Both the position numbers and the translations under genes were made by a program. A stretch of 64,000 bases of DNA from Phaeosaccion multiseriatum (taxonomy: Eukaryota > Protista > Ochrophyta, other classes): positions 806,001 through 870,000 of the forward strand of contig OZ218957.1 in the NCBI GenBank assembly GCA_965112735.1. The letters are read 5' to 3'. Every line of letters starts with the position of its first letter. The first letter of the stretch is position 1. Of the stretch, positions 36,140 to 54,545 are shown one piece after another. Under the pieces are notes generated by a model. It made no database searches and was not told the origin of the DNA. It was given only the letters and a program-made list of their open reading frames with translations.

Positions 36140-36994
36140 AATTCTAGCGTCATCCGTCTCAGGACGCCGACTGAAAGTGAAGGCACTCTCCCCTTCTCGA
36201 TAGTCCTTGTACGAAAGCAGCTGAGGCGGGACCTGTGTCATTGCTCGGGCAGCCCCCTCTCCTTGGGCCTGCAGCAGACCCAAGTCCGTGTAGTAGTCCT
36301 TCTCCTGCTCTGCCTCTGCCGCCGCCATGGCCGAGTGGAGCTCCCCCATCCCGTCCATCACCACCACGAGGCCCTCGTCGAAGGGAGCCTGTGATACGCC
36401 GCACCAGGCATGTGCCATGTGATGGCTCAGCTCCAAGTGGGCCGATGCGTCGGGCAGCAGGTTGGCGTCGTCCAGGTAGGACTCCTCATACTGCCCCATG
36501 GCCACGCTCCAGGGCAGGCGCTGCTCGAAGGGAGCCACACGGAAGTGGTGGTTGTTGGAGACGACCACGTCAATGTCGCCAATCTCTGCCCCGATGTGCT
36601 CGAGTCCAGCTTCCACCACTTCACCGATGTCGCCTCCGTCGTTCTTGGCCCGCGTGAGCCGCTCTTTGGATGCTGCGAAGAGCACCTGCCCCGTAACGGA
36701 GGAGATGATGGCCACCGAGGCATCGTGGCTGTACTTGTTGCAACCCACAATGAGGCCACCGTTGCTGCCTTCGTTGTTATGAAGGGGGCCACTGCTGCTG
36801 CTGCTGCTGCCGCTGCTTGCAGTTGTACTCCATCTATTGCTGCTGGTACTGCTGGAGAGAGAGGTGGAGACTCTCGCGGAGGCGCGGAGTGGAAGGGACG
36901 CAGCAGAAGGTGGCCCTGTCAAGAAGCTGCTTGCCTGCCTTGCGACGTGCAGCAGCACCAGCAGCACCGCGACCCGTGGTTGCGATCGCATCAT
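32131..36994 (-). CDS. NodU/CmcH/TobZ-family O-carbamoyltransferase with bipartite plastid presequence and C-terminal PqqD-like helix module, ~1163 aa
   Basis: Exons 36994-35973, 35567-34844, 34183-33414, 33106-32131 (3492 nt, in frame). Motifs [107 protein letters not shown]-terminus [25 protein letters not shown] followed by a Ser-rich transit peptide. Confidence 0.92.
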
Positions 36995-37408
36995 GACTCT
37001 TGTTCTCGTCTCACCAGCACATTCGGCCAAGAGACCCGCTGCAACTCGTTGCTGTTACTAAGGAGACCTAAGAAGGGCTCTCAACAGCACATCCGGCCGG
37101 CTTGGACCTAGGTGGGAGAGGTAAAAGCAAGGGTGCAAGGAATCCTGTTGTTGGCTTACTCGCCGCCGTCGGCTCGCTCGCACCTGCCGTTTCGATTTCA
37201 TTCACCAAATCACGCGAAAGAGAGCACCGCGAAAAAAAAAGGAGTGAGAAGGAGCAGCCCTAGCTTGCTGGATGCGTTCAGCAGACAAGAAGCGCTCGCA
37301 GTAGAGGGCTGGCACTTGAAGCGAGAGGTGCCGAGGGAACGCGCCCAGAGCACCGGTGTTGGCGGTCGTGAGGGCGAAGAGGAGGAGGAGACAGAGAGGG
37401 CGGTAAAG

Positions 37409-43120
<5,712 letters not shown>

Positions 43121-43132
<12 letters not shown>

Positions 43133-43283
43133 CCTGTGCTTTAGCTGTGCTTATAGGCTTACCTGTGCCATCCTAGCTGTGACTAGCTGTGACTAGCTGT
43201 GCTTAGCCTGTGCTTTAGCTGTGCTTATAGGCTGTGCTTCGGCTGTGTGCTTACCTGTGCCATCCTAGCTGTGACTAGCTGTG
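43121..43283. repeat. Complex AGCTGTG-based tandem repeat overlapping the CFAP210 stop
   Basis: AGCTGTGCTTAGCCTGTGCTTTAGCTGTGCTTATAGGCT and CCTGTGCCATCCTAGCTGTGACTAGCTGTGA blocks are each duplicated. Confidence 0.8.
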
Positions 43284-44003
43284 AAAATGTGGAATGTTAT
43301 AAGTCGTCCGTTGTCCTTTCCGGAAGTGTGGATTCCAGTTCATGTTCAGTTCTGTATCGTATAGGCAACACGAGGGCGCTGTGCCTAGGATGCCTAGCTC
43401 TGCGTTGCTGCTGGCGAAGTGGGAGTGGGGAGGGGGGGTGGGAGTGTAGCAGCGATGTGTTGCCGTGTATGGGACAGCCTAGCCGTACTTGCTTCTTTGA
43501 CTGGCTCAATGGCTCAATGCCTCAATATATTATAGAGGGCCTAGTATAACAAGAGGAAATATAAAGTACGTGTGTGTGTGTGCTGCTGCTGCTAACTTCA
43601 CGTTTGTACATGTGTGAAACATTTGTGGTACGACGGCATCGGCGTGCGTGCGTGCGTGCGTGCGCTTCGTAGAGAGCTTCTTTCCTCCATATGGACATCT
43701 CTGGGACGATGGATGGCCTGGGGTTGTGAAGGGAAGGGGACTCCCTCAAGCGGCATGGGACTCAGCAGGACCCATCGGGGACGCTGCTGCCAGCCTGTGA
43801 GTGGTGCCTACCCCGCCTCCACCGTGGCTGTGGTAATCCTACTTGGAGGTAGGGCTAGGGGTAGGGGTAGGCCCTTGAGGGTAACCGCGTATTGTAGGCC
43901 AAAAACACCAGTGTCCATCCACTGCCATCCACCACCCTCCTCCTCTCTCCTCGCTTCCACAGCAAGCGACGAACAAGGGGGGGCACCTCCGCTCTGTGCC
44001 CTC

Positions 44004-44040
<37 letters not shown>

Positions 44041-44691
44041 CTCCGTTCACTACTGCCTAGCGCCTGCCCTGCCGCGTCATTGCCATCCATTGCCATCCAT
44101 TGCCATCCCAGTAGCCTCGCCTCGCCCCTCCTCTCGGCACTGAGGCCCCTCTCCTGCTGCAGCCCCCCTCTCCTTCTCCCTCTTCCCCTCCCTTTGATGG
44201 TAAGCGAGTTCCATCCTTGCGATCATGATTGAACACCATCTCATGGCTTGACCATCCACTACCATCCACTTCCATCCACTGCCATACTGTCAAGCCAAAA
44301 TGGATCCGTACTGTGCTGTGGTGCTCGACAAAAAACGAACAGAAACCCCGAAGCGAGAGCCGACACACACACTTTGACGCCCCGGTCAAACCCTCCAGTC
44401 CTCAGTCCTTTTCAAGCCCCCCCCCCCCCCCCTGCCTGCGGCGTGCCCGTATGCTTTTGCCTGGGTCTGCCTTGAGCAGCAGCGGGAGGGGGTGGGGGGG
44501 GGGGGCTCGGTCGGTTTCAAAGCTGAAAGCTGAGCCGCAAAAAAGGGAGGGAGGGTGTTGCTTAACTGTTCTCCACCACACCTCCTCCATAGAAAGCCTC
44601 CCCCCTGGGGTAAAACATGGACGACACACAATTTGGGTGACGCCGCGGTGCATCTGTCCATGTGCTCCTCCCCTCGCGTGGTCGACTCGTT

Positions 44692-44770
44692 CCCAGTGTC
44701 AGTGTCAGTTGTCGTACTATGGGTACCACACCCAGTGTCAGTGTCAGTTGTCGTACTATGGGTACCACAC
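44692..44770. repeat. 39-bp tandem duplication
   Basis: CCCAGTGTCAGTGTCAGTTGTCGTACTATGGGTACCACA x2. Confidence 0.9.
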
Positions 44771-45102
44771 GACACCTGCAACGCCCTGTTCGTCTCATGA
44801 CGATGAGACATCATTTCCTGTCATTTTTCTTTGTTTGTCGTCATCCTCAGCCAGTCATCGTTCCCAATCCTAGACCCATTACATCATTCCATTCGCCCCC
44901 CCCCCCCCCTCCTTCTCCTCCTCCTCCTCCTCCTCCTCCTCCTCCTCCTCCTCCTCTTCGTCTTCTTCTTGCTGCTGCTGCTGCTGCTGCTGCTTCTTGA
45001 GATACACAGAGAGAGAGAGAGAGAGAGAGACCATGGCGAAATCGCCCCCCCCCCCCCCCTCTCCCTCATTCACACACCGCAGCGCGTATGTCTCCAGGCC
45101 CC

Positions 45103-45142
<40 letters not shown>

Positions 45143-45243
45143 CATCCGCACCCTCCGTGTTTTGTCAATCAGCGTTGTCAAGCCAGCTCCAGGTCCCCTC
45201 CTCTCCTCTGCGTCTCTGTAGCGCCATCATCCCCTCCCTCCCT

Positions 45244-45879
45244 TCACCGCCGGGGACTTCCCAAAACATTCCCCGCGCTAAGCGCCCGCCGCCGCTGTTT
45301 GATCACCCCCCCCGTCGCCTTCCCCCTTCCCGCTCCCCCTTGCCCTGCCCCCGATGCCCCCCCCCCAACACCTCTCTCCTCGCCCCCCTCCTCCACCCCT
45401 TCCAGTCTCCCAATGGAGCCATGCTCGCCACCCCCTGCACCTCCGATGGCCTCTGGAGCTGTGTGGCTCAGAGATGCTGACGCGGCGCTCTTCTTCTTGC
45501 CCGAGAACATCTTCATCATGCTCCCCAGCAAGCCCTTCTTCTTGCCCCCCGCCCCTGCCCCCCCTACACTACCACCGCCTATGCCGCCCCCATCCACTGC
45601 CATCCCACCAATGCCAGCCTCCCTGGCCACCCCCACACTCATACTCCTACCCGTCGCTCTCCCCCCCGCCTTCCCTCCTCCTGCTCCTCCCTCTCCCCCT
45701 GCTCCTCCTCGTCGCCCATACGTCTGAGCGGCAGACGTCTGCCCCTGTGGCCCTCGGATGACGTTCTTAGCACTGCTGGACCTCCCTCCAAGGCCCATAC
45801 CGATGTTTGTCCCGCCGTCCTCGCGCGTCACATTAATGGCACTCATTGACACCTTCGAGCCGGCGCGCTCCTGCAAATA

Positions 45880-45937
<58 letters not shown>

Positions 45938-48900
45938 AGGCAGGTATACGGGCAGGCAGCAGCAGCGTATGGGCAGGACGCGAGCAAGAGGGAGAGAGAG
46001 AGAGAGGGGGGGGGGGGGGGGGGGAAGGATGTGGCGGGGCAAAGAGAGAAAAGTCAGCGGCACGACGGGAGGGTCAACCAAACCATCGGGAGGAGCATTA
46101 TATCGCTATATCTGCCCGCCCATATGCCTCTTCCCCTCCCGTATGCCTCTGCCCTGCCTACATACCCTCCCTTACCTCTTGAAAGAGCGCACTCAGTCTG
46201 GAGTTGATGACGCGGAAGTTGGGTCTCCGGTCCACATCGGGATGCCAACACTGAGTGATGAGCTTGCGGAGGTCCGCCGGCCAAGAGGGGTCCAGGGAGG
46301 GCCTTGCGCCTGTAGGTGGGGATGGCAGTGGATGGGGGGGGGGAAGGGGGCAATGGATGAGGATGAGGAGGGGGAGGAAGAGGAGGAGGAGGAGGAGGAG
46401 GAGGAGGAGGAGGAGGAGGAGGAGGAGGAGGAGGAGAGAGGGAAGAAACAAATGCCGCCTCAATTGCCATCCTCCCTATCCACTGCCATCCTCCCCCACG
46501 TCCGTACCCGAGTTGACGACCCTGTTGTAAAACTCCGACACAGACATGCCATCAAACACTCTGCGACTGTTGACCATCTCCCACAGAAGGAGGCCAAAGG
46601 CGTACACGTCCACCTATGGAGAGAGGGACAGGCCAGGAGCAAAGGGTAGGGTAACAGGGTGGAATGAGGGAGGGAGGGAGGGAGGGAGGGAGGGAGAGAG
46701 GGAGGGAGGGAGGGAGGGAGGGAGGGAGGGAGGGAGGGAGGGAGGGAGGGAGGGAGGGAGGGAAGGAGGGAGGGAGGGGGTCAGTGAGTCAGTACCTGGG
46801 GCCAGCAAGTCAGTCAGTCAGTCAGCCAGCCAATCAAGTCTATCAGCCAGTCAGTTACCCTACCCAGTGTATAATCTATTATATAGTATCTACCTTCTCG
46901 TTGTATGGCAGGCTCTCCACCACCTCTGGTGCCATATATCGCATGCTGCCGGTCTCTCCGGTCATGTCATATCGAGCGTTGACCCTGTTGCGCCGCTTCA
47001 CAGCTCGGGCAAGGCCGAAGTCGAACAGTTTCAGTGTGCCTGACAGAGGGGTGGGGGGGGTGGGTTGGTTGAGGGGTGGGTGGGTGGGGAGCGGACGATG
47101 GAGAGTTGAGGGGTGGGTGGGGTGTAGGCAGAGGGCAGAGAGTTGGGTGAGTGACTGGGTGGGAGGAATGCTTTGCGATTCAGTGTACCGTGCCCTCTGT
47201 ATCACCAACACACTACTCACCGTCCGCCTTGAAACCGATATTGTCCGGCTTTAGGTCCCTATGGACGACAAAGGTGTGCTCCGCTACATCGTGGTGCATG
47301 TATTCAAGGGCCGAGGCAAGCTCCACGGCCCGCTCCAGCATGCGCATCATATGAAAGCGCTTGTACTTGGCTCCTCGCTTCTCTCGCTCGTTGGCGCTGC
47401 CCCCACCTAGCCCGGCTGCGAGGTAGAGAGGAAGGGGAGGGAGGGGACGTGAGTACTTGGGTGGGTGGGTTGGCAGGCAGGTGTGGCAGGTGGGTTGACT
47501 GACTACTGTGGACGCTCTCACTACACTCAACTAGAAAACTACGATACACATCCTCCCCTCCCTCCCTCTCTCCCCCTCCCTCCCTCCCCCCCCCCCTCCC
47601 TCCCTCCCTCCCTCCCCTCCCTACCTCCCTCCCCTTCCCTCCCTCCCTCCCTCCCTCCCTGCCCCCCTCACCGTTGTCGAGCTTGTCAGCCAGAGTGCCC
47701 AGCTCTAAGTGCTCCAGCACCAAGAATCTGTGCGGCTCGCAGTCCTTCCTCCACCCCGCCCCCACGAGCTTGATAATGTGCTTGTGACTGAGCAGCCGCA
47801 ACACATCGAGTTCTACCTCCAGATCGTGCTCCGCCACCTGTGAGTGAGTCAGGGAGATGGTGAGTGAGTTGAGTGAGTGAGTGAGAGAGGGAGTGAGAGA
47901 GTGAGTGGGGAGTGAGTGATAGGGTGAGTGAGTGAGTGAGTGAGTGAGTGAGTGAGTGAGTGAGTGAGTGATAGGGTGAGTGATTGAGTCAGTGAGTGAG
48001 TGAGTGAGTGACTCCGAGCAGGGGGAGGAGGGGGCGAAGCGAAGAGGCTCACTTGGACATGGACCCTTCTTTGTATGTTTCTCTTCTCTCTTTCTCATTC
48101 CTTTTCTCTCTCTCGCCCTCTTTCCCTCCCCCTCTCTCTCCCCCCTTCTCTTTCCCTCCCTCCCTTCCTCCCTCCCTCCCTCTCCCCCTTTCCTCTCTCC
48201 CTCTCCCCCACCCCCACCCACACCCCCCCCGACAACCCCACACCGACCTTTGGGTCTTCACAGTCCCTCCTGGGCACCTTGACAACGACCTTGGTGCCGT
48301 GTAGATCGGCTGTGTATATCTCACACATGGCTCCTTTGGTCATGTAGTGAAGGTTCTCGAGGTCTTCAAAGGCCACAAGTACGTTCCCCGGTGTGGACGA
48401 GTTCTGCCGTAACAGTCCCCCCCCACCCGCGCCTCCCCCTCCCCCTGCCGCCGCCGAAGAATCGCCAACTGCGGCTCCTGCTCCTCCTCCTGCTGGTCGT
48501 GCTGCTGGTGGTGCTGCTGCTGGTGCTGTTGGTGGTGCTGCTGGTGGTGCTGTTGGTGGTGCTGCCTGTGCCTGGCGGGCACTCTCATCCACACCACCAC
48601 CGCCACTTCCATCCCCAGGGGCGCCACTTTGACTGCCCTCTCCTCCTCCTCCTCCTCCTCCTCCTCCTCCTCCTCCTCCTCCTCCTCCTCCTCCTCCTCC
48701 TCCTCCTCCTCCTCCTCCCCACCCAGCTCTACCACCCCCACCACCATTCTCCCCGCCGCTCGTGCCCCCGTCCGCAGCGGCAGCGTGTGCTTGGCGCGGG
48801 GGGCTCGGCGGGGAGGGAGCCCCCGCGGCCCGGAGCAAGGCGGTGGCTCGCCTGCCGCTCACGTCGAGCAAATGCTCCGAGGGAGCCCGGGCGGGGGCGG

Positions 48901-49282
48901 TACGTGGTATACTCTTCTCTGCAAAGTCGGCGGCAGCAGCAGACGCAGCAGCAGTAGCAGAGAAGGCGGTGGCTGCTTGGGGTTGGCCTTGGGCTTGCTG
49001 GGGGGGGGGCTGGTTGTGTGTCTGTGTGAAGGTCTGGACCTGTGGGGCCTCCCGCTGCTCGCTGTATCCCCCGTTGTTCTCTGCTGCTCCGTCCGCTCCC
49101 CGCACAGACCCTGACGAGTTGCTGATGCTTGTTGAGCCCGTGGAGCCGAAGCTCGACGAGTCCCGAGTTGACGGCGCAAAGGTGCTCGCCGTAAGGGAGG
49201 AGGAGTACGGTGTCTGTGTCTGCTGCATCGCCGCCCCATTTCCCTTGACGGGCATCACCCCCACCCCATCCCCGTCCTGCCC

Positions 49283-49318
<36 letters not shown>

Positions 49319-49447
49319 AGCTTCCAGCTCTTGCATCTGCTGCTGCTTCTCCTGCATGCTCTGCAGTGTACGAATATCCTGCTGGTCCTGCCGCAAGAGC
49401 TCGTGCTCGTCCACGCGGGGCAGCGCGGGCTCGACGTCATTCTGCAT
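45244..49447 (-). CDS. Tyrosine-kinase-like (TKL) Ser/Thr protein kinase, ~857 aa
   Basis: Exons 49447-48248, 47837-47672, 47415-47221, 47039-46894, 46613-46508, 46309-46176, 45870-45244. Motifs VVVK, HRDLKPDNIGF, KLFDFGLAR, TGSMRYMAPE, DVYAFG, CWHPDVDRRPNF. Confidence 0.92.
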
Positions 49448-49847
49448 AGGACGGACGGGATCCTGGGCGCTGAGCCTTCCTCCGCAGGGGAAGCGGTAAT
49501 GCACGTGTTGTGACCGCTGCTTTGGCACAGAGCCGCTGTGACTAGATCAAGACCCAGGAAGCTCTGCTCCCCCCTTCCCGCTACGCAGTGGCTTTGAGAG
49601 CGCCTGCTCCTGAACTCTCCGCGTCTTTTGCTCTCCTGACGCCGGTAACCAGTTTGCTTCCTTGTCCGGGCCGCAGACCTTCAAGCAAGGCCTTACCGCA
49701 ACCAAAAAGGCCGACAGTTCCTCATGTCGTGGATGTGTTGGTTGCTTATGCTTTTAAGTTCTCTTAAGTTCTGTAATAAGAAGAGAGAGTTGTAGTGAGT
49801 AAGCCATTTTGGCTTGCTTAGGACTGGGCCATGGAGAGCGGGCTTAT

Positions 49848-50241
49848 CCCTAACCCTGAATTTATGGTCATAAAAATGAGACATTATTTTTTCGAAGGGC
49901 CAAAATCGAGGTTTCCGACCGTCATTTTTTTGCGTCCTTGGAGTGAGCATTAGAGCTCATTCTTGACTACACCTCCACGTGCGGATGATGCAATCACTGG
50001 TCGCGTCGTCATTTGAGGGCGATGCCAAAAACAGGTTAATGTCATATTCTCGTCGGCGCCTCACACGACGAAGGCATCAGTGGATTGCATCATCCACACG
50101 TGGAGACGTAGTTGAGAGTGAGCTCAAACTCCAATTCTAAGGACGAAAAAAAATGACCGTCGGAAACCTCGATTCCGGCCCTTCGAAAAAAATAATGTCC
50201 TATTTGTATGACCTTAATTATGACATTAATCAGGGTTAGGG
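49848..50241. mobile_element. 394-bp piggyBac-like non-autonomous foldback element (MITE)
   Basis: Begins CCCTAACCCTGA and ends TCAGGGTTAGGG, flanked by TTAT at 49844-49847 and 50242-50245. The ~150-bp arms (to 49999; from 50078) are reverse complements, e.g. TTTTTTCGAAGGGCC / GGCCCTTCGAAAAAA and GGATGATGCAATC / GATTGCATCATCC. Confidence 0.82.
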
Positions 50242-50439
50242 TTATGAAAAAGGAAAAGAGAAAAGCAAAGCAAAAGCGGGGTGAGACAACAAAGAGAAAA
50301 GGCTGAGGTATCTGCAGGCAAGGAGCAGGAAGAGAACCACATGTAGCAGGAAGGGCAGCACTAGGCAACATGCAGTAGGCTGCGGCTGGCCCCCCTGCTG
50401 GAGACCCAGATCAACCCCTCTGGCACAAGATAGATACAT

Positions 50440-52843
50440 ATGGGGGCTTTGTCGGACTGCATCGCGGTAGGATGCTCTGCCCTGCTTCTTCCGCTGTCGG
50501 CGCGGGCATCGGCTCGCCACGCAGTATCATCTGTGGCGTTTGTGGCGCCCTCCCAAAGAGTTGCTACAACTTGCGGCCGTAGAGCCCCCCACTCTGCTGC
50601 TGCTGCTGCTGCTCCTGCAGCCGCTGCACTGGCTCGTCGCTCTACCACAGTAGCAAGAGCACGGGGTGTCTCTTGCGCTCGTCGTCCAAGCGTGGTAGTG
50701 CCAAGAGCCTCAATATCATCGTCATCGGCCTCTGCCTCTGCCTCTGCCTCTGCCCCACCACCAATAGACTCGCAGCACGCACCATCGTCAGCGACACAAC
50801 CGCAAGAGGGGGAGAAGGGAGGGCGCCAGAAGGTCCAGAAGCGCAAGAACAGGAAGGACGGCGTGGGCAAGGCCAAATGGGTCAAGGGAGGAGGCGGAGC
50901 GACAAGCGTCGTCAGCACACGGATCCAGGAAGGTGTCTCCATCGTCTTCCCCGAGACAGCCAAAGCCCTGTCGGGCCTCCCCGATCGGTCCAAGCCCTTC
51001 ACCGTGCTCGGCATCGAGACAAGCTGCGACGACACGGGCGCCGCAGTCGTTCGCAGCGACGGCGCCATATTGGGAGAAGCCCTTGCCTCACAGCATGACA
51101 TTCACCGCAGGTGGGGTGGTGTAGTGCCCATGCTTGCCAGAGACGCGCATGTGAGCGAGATCGAGGGGGTGATTGAAGCTGCTTTGCACAGAGCGGGCAT
51201 GGCGTCGGCAGCAGAGGTGGATGCGGTGGCGGTGACGGTAGGGCCTGGCTTGGAGATTTGCCTGCGTGTGGGCTGCGAGAAGGCCAAGGAGCTTGCCCTG
51301 GGGCACGGCAAGCCCTTTGTAGCGGTGCACCACTTGGAGGCGCACACGATGCTCGCCAGGAAGGTGCTCACAGTTGGTGACACGGCAGAAGTTGGTGATA
51401 TGGCGGCGGCGGCGGCGGCGGCGGCGGGGACAGCAGCGGATTTCCCGTTTCTGACCCTGCTGGTCTCTGGAGGGCACTGCCAGCTGCTGCTGTGTGAGGG
51501 CATTGGCGGTTACAGCGTCATCGGAGGCACCTTGGACGATGCCCTGGGGGAGGCTTACGATAAGGTAGGGAGGTTGCTCGGGGTGCAGGGGGGGGCGGCG
51601 GTCGAAGAGCTGGCGAGGGAGGGTAATGTAAAGGCGGTGGCACTTCCTGTACCCATGCAGCAGCGGAAGGACTGCGACTTTAGCTACGCAGGGCTCAAGA
51701 ACGCCTTCCGGCTGAGGGTGGAGGAGGCTATCAATGAACAGGAGGAGGGAAGAGGGGGGGAGGCGGGCGAGGGGGAGGGGAGTGGGGAGGAGGAGCGGAG
51801 GAGACAGAGACAGCAACAGGAGGAAGAGGAGGGCAACCAGCAGAAGGAGAGGGGCGCTTTCCTGCCCAGACATGTCAAGGCCGATCTCGCGGCGTCATTC
51901 CAACACGTGGCCATTCGTCACTTGGAGGACAGGGTCAGAAGGGCCATGCTGCTCTGTGAGGAGAGGTGAGTCGAGTTGAGGGAGGGAGTTGGTGATAGAG
52001 GGAGGGAGGGAGGGAGGGAGGGAGGAAGGACAGGGACGGACGGAGGGAGGGAGGGAGGGAGGGAGGGAGGGAGGGAGAGATGAAGGGGAGGGAGAGGGGA
52101 GTGAAGGGAGGAAGGACAGGGACGGAGGGAGGGAGGGAGGGAGGGAGTTGGTGATACAGAGGGAGGGAGGGAGGGAGGGAGAGATGAAGGGGAGGGAGAG
52201 GGGAGTGAAGGGAGGAAGGACAGGGACGGAGGGAGGGAGGGAGGGAGGGGGGGGGTTGCGCTGTCGCTGGTCAACAGGTGTGTGATGTGTCTGCATCTTT
52301 TGGTTTTCGTCGGAGTGGTATTGATGGATCGAATGAGGTCATCAAACAGAGTGATCAGGGTAAGACTGAAATTGAAATTGAAGCTGTGCCGTCCACTCAC
52401 ACGCACCCTGTGACTGTTGGACATTCCCCCCCCCCCCCTCCCACTTGACTGACCCTCAAGCTGACGGCAAACTGATTCTGATTCTGATTCTGATTCTGCA
52501 AACTCCCTACACAACAACGTCGCTCTACACTTCACACGACACCTTCACTGCAGGCACATGGGCGTGCGGCAACTGGCTGTGGTGGGTGGCGTGGCCGCCA
52601 ACTTAGAGCTCCGAAGGCGGCTGGAGGAGCTGTGTGCTACTCGGCCCGTGGGGAGGGAAGGATGGCAGCTCGTGGTGCCCCCCGTGCGCCTGTGCACGGA
52701 CAACGGAGTCATGGTGGCGTGGAACGGGGTGGAGAGGCTCTTGCTGGGCATGAGTAATGTGGCGGAGGGGCAGGAGGTGTACCCCCGCCTGCCCATGGGG
52801 GGAGGGCTCAGTGTCAGTGCCGGTGGCAGTGTGCCTGCCGGTA

Positions 52844-52892
<49 letters not shown>

Positions 52893-52977
52893 CAGTAGCA
52901 GTAGCGCGGCTCCTACTGTAGTTGTATCACCAACTGCGACTCCTGCTGCTGCTGCTGCTGCGAGCGCCGTAGTATGA
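50440..52977 (+). CDS. tsaD: tRNA N6-adenosine threonylcarbamoyltransferase TsaD/Qri7/OSGEPL1, organellar, ~649 aa
   Basis: Exons 50440-51965 and 52554-52977. Motifs VLGIETSCDDTG, HHLEAH, LLVSGGH, TLDDALGEAYDK, FSYAGLK, GGVAAN, CTDNGVMVAW. Long N-terminal presequence containing VA-FVAPS. Confidence 0.94.
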
Positions 52978-53212
52978 ATGGCATAGCTCCTTGTTTGTGT
53001 CCAAATAGAGAGCAAGGGAGATGTAGGGGTAGCAGGGTCGACTGATCGTGTTGGGGATGCTTCGAAAGACCCAAGGTTGCTGCTCTTCGATGCTCTCCGT
53101 AGGCTGCCAAGAAGGCACCCCACCCTGTTCATGTACCCTCCGCCCCCACGGTGCTTACCGCTTCGCATCACGCTACACACACACACATGTGTGTGTGTGT
53201 GTATGTGTGTGT

Positions 53213-53254
<42 letters not shown>

Positions 53255-53754
53255 GTCTGTAAGAGAGAAAGTGTGTGTGTGTGCGTGTGTATGTGTGCAC
53301 ATGGCTCGTTGAAGTATGAATTGCTTCGTCGCAAGCACATGAGGCGTAAAGCGCAAGAGGCAGCACTGACTTTAACGCTGGAGGGAGGGAGAGCCACGCA
53401 CATCACACACGCACAATAACAATCAGCTTGGCTGAGCTTGGCTGGGTTTTGAAGTACGCGGGTGTGGGGACGGTGAATTAAATAAATTGATTTAATTAAA
53501 AAAAAAAATGTGTGTGTATATATATATATACAATCTGCAAGGGAGGCCCGCCTTGATTCTCACGCTCACCGTCGCTTCCTCATCGAAGCCCCCTGCCCCC
53601 CCCGTCCTGCGTCAGCAAGCTCCTACCCCTACGTACGTACCTATCTATCATATCCATATATTCACAAGGCACGTCAGGCCAGCAGGCCCCACAGCAAGGC
53701 GGGACCTGACCACGAGCTCGAAGGCCCCAATTTGTCGTCGCGTCTCTCTCTCCC

Positions 53755-53786
<32 letters not shown>

Positions 53787-53814
53787 TGTCTCTGTCTCTT
53801 TCTCTCTCTCTCCC

Positions 53815-53855
<41 letters not shown>

Positions 53856-54545
53856 CTCTGTCTCTTCCTCATGGCCCTGTACAAAAGCTCGCAAATGTGC
53901 AAAATTGCTTTCGTTGGGCCCCGCCCCGCCCGCCACTCCTGCAGAGTCTCTCTACAGAAACAGTATGTGGAGGTGGGGAAGGGACACAGTCTGTCGGTGC
54001 TGGTGCTGGTGCCGTTGATCCTAACGCTGACTACTTGCGCTGACTGCCATCCTCATGCTCCGTTCGGGGCCAAACTGAAACAACGCTGCGAGCGCGAGTC
54101 CCTCCCATGGCTGGAGCGCTCGCTACCCCCGGAGGGCAGATCGCTCATGAGAGGAGCCAAAAGAGCTCGCTGTGCACGCACGCACGCACGCACGCACACC
54201 CATTGCCCCACCTCCTTGAGAGGGTACGAGAGAGAGAGCGAGTGTGTGTGTACACGACGACTCAGACCCCACGCCCTCCCTGCGTTCGAAACCCATTTCA
54301 TTCCATTCCCCATCGGGCTCCGTGGCTGCTGACCTCCGTACATGTCCGTCCCGGTAGGTAAAGGGTGCGAAATCGAACTCCTCTACATTCTATACAAGGG
54401 CAGATTCGAGGTAAAGGTCCCTCTGTGTGTGTAGAAGAGGCCCAAACACAGGACACCCCAACACCTCAAGGACGCCAAGGAGAAGGCTTGCCTGCACACA
54501 TGTCGAATGGGGGCGGTACCCCCGGCGTGCAGCCCTTACGCAAGC

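Noticed and set aside
32131-36994. Carbamoyltransferase as part of a saxitoxin (sxtI) or other biosynthetic gene cluster, or as bacterial contamination
   Set aside because: No other biosynthetic genes lie nearby. The gene has spliceosomal introns, a eukaryotic presequence and host-type microsatellites.
48300-48345. Atypical kinase glycine loop (MTKGAMCEIY) suggesting a pseudokinase
   Set aside because: The VxVK lysine, HRD and DFG motifs are intact, and degenerate G-loops are common in algal TKL kinases.
49848-50244. TTAGGG units as a real telomere or interstitial telomeric array
   Set aside because: Only about two units on each side, forming the termini of an inverted-repeat element.
54230-54300. 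GTTCGAAACCC as a tRNA T-loop
   Set aside because: No acceptor stem, D-arm or anticodon arm could be built around it. No tRNA or rRNA genes were recognised in the window.
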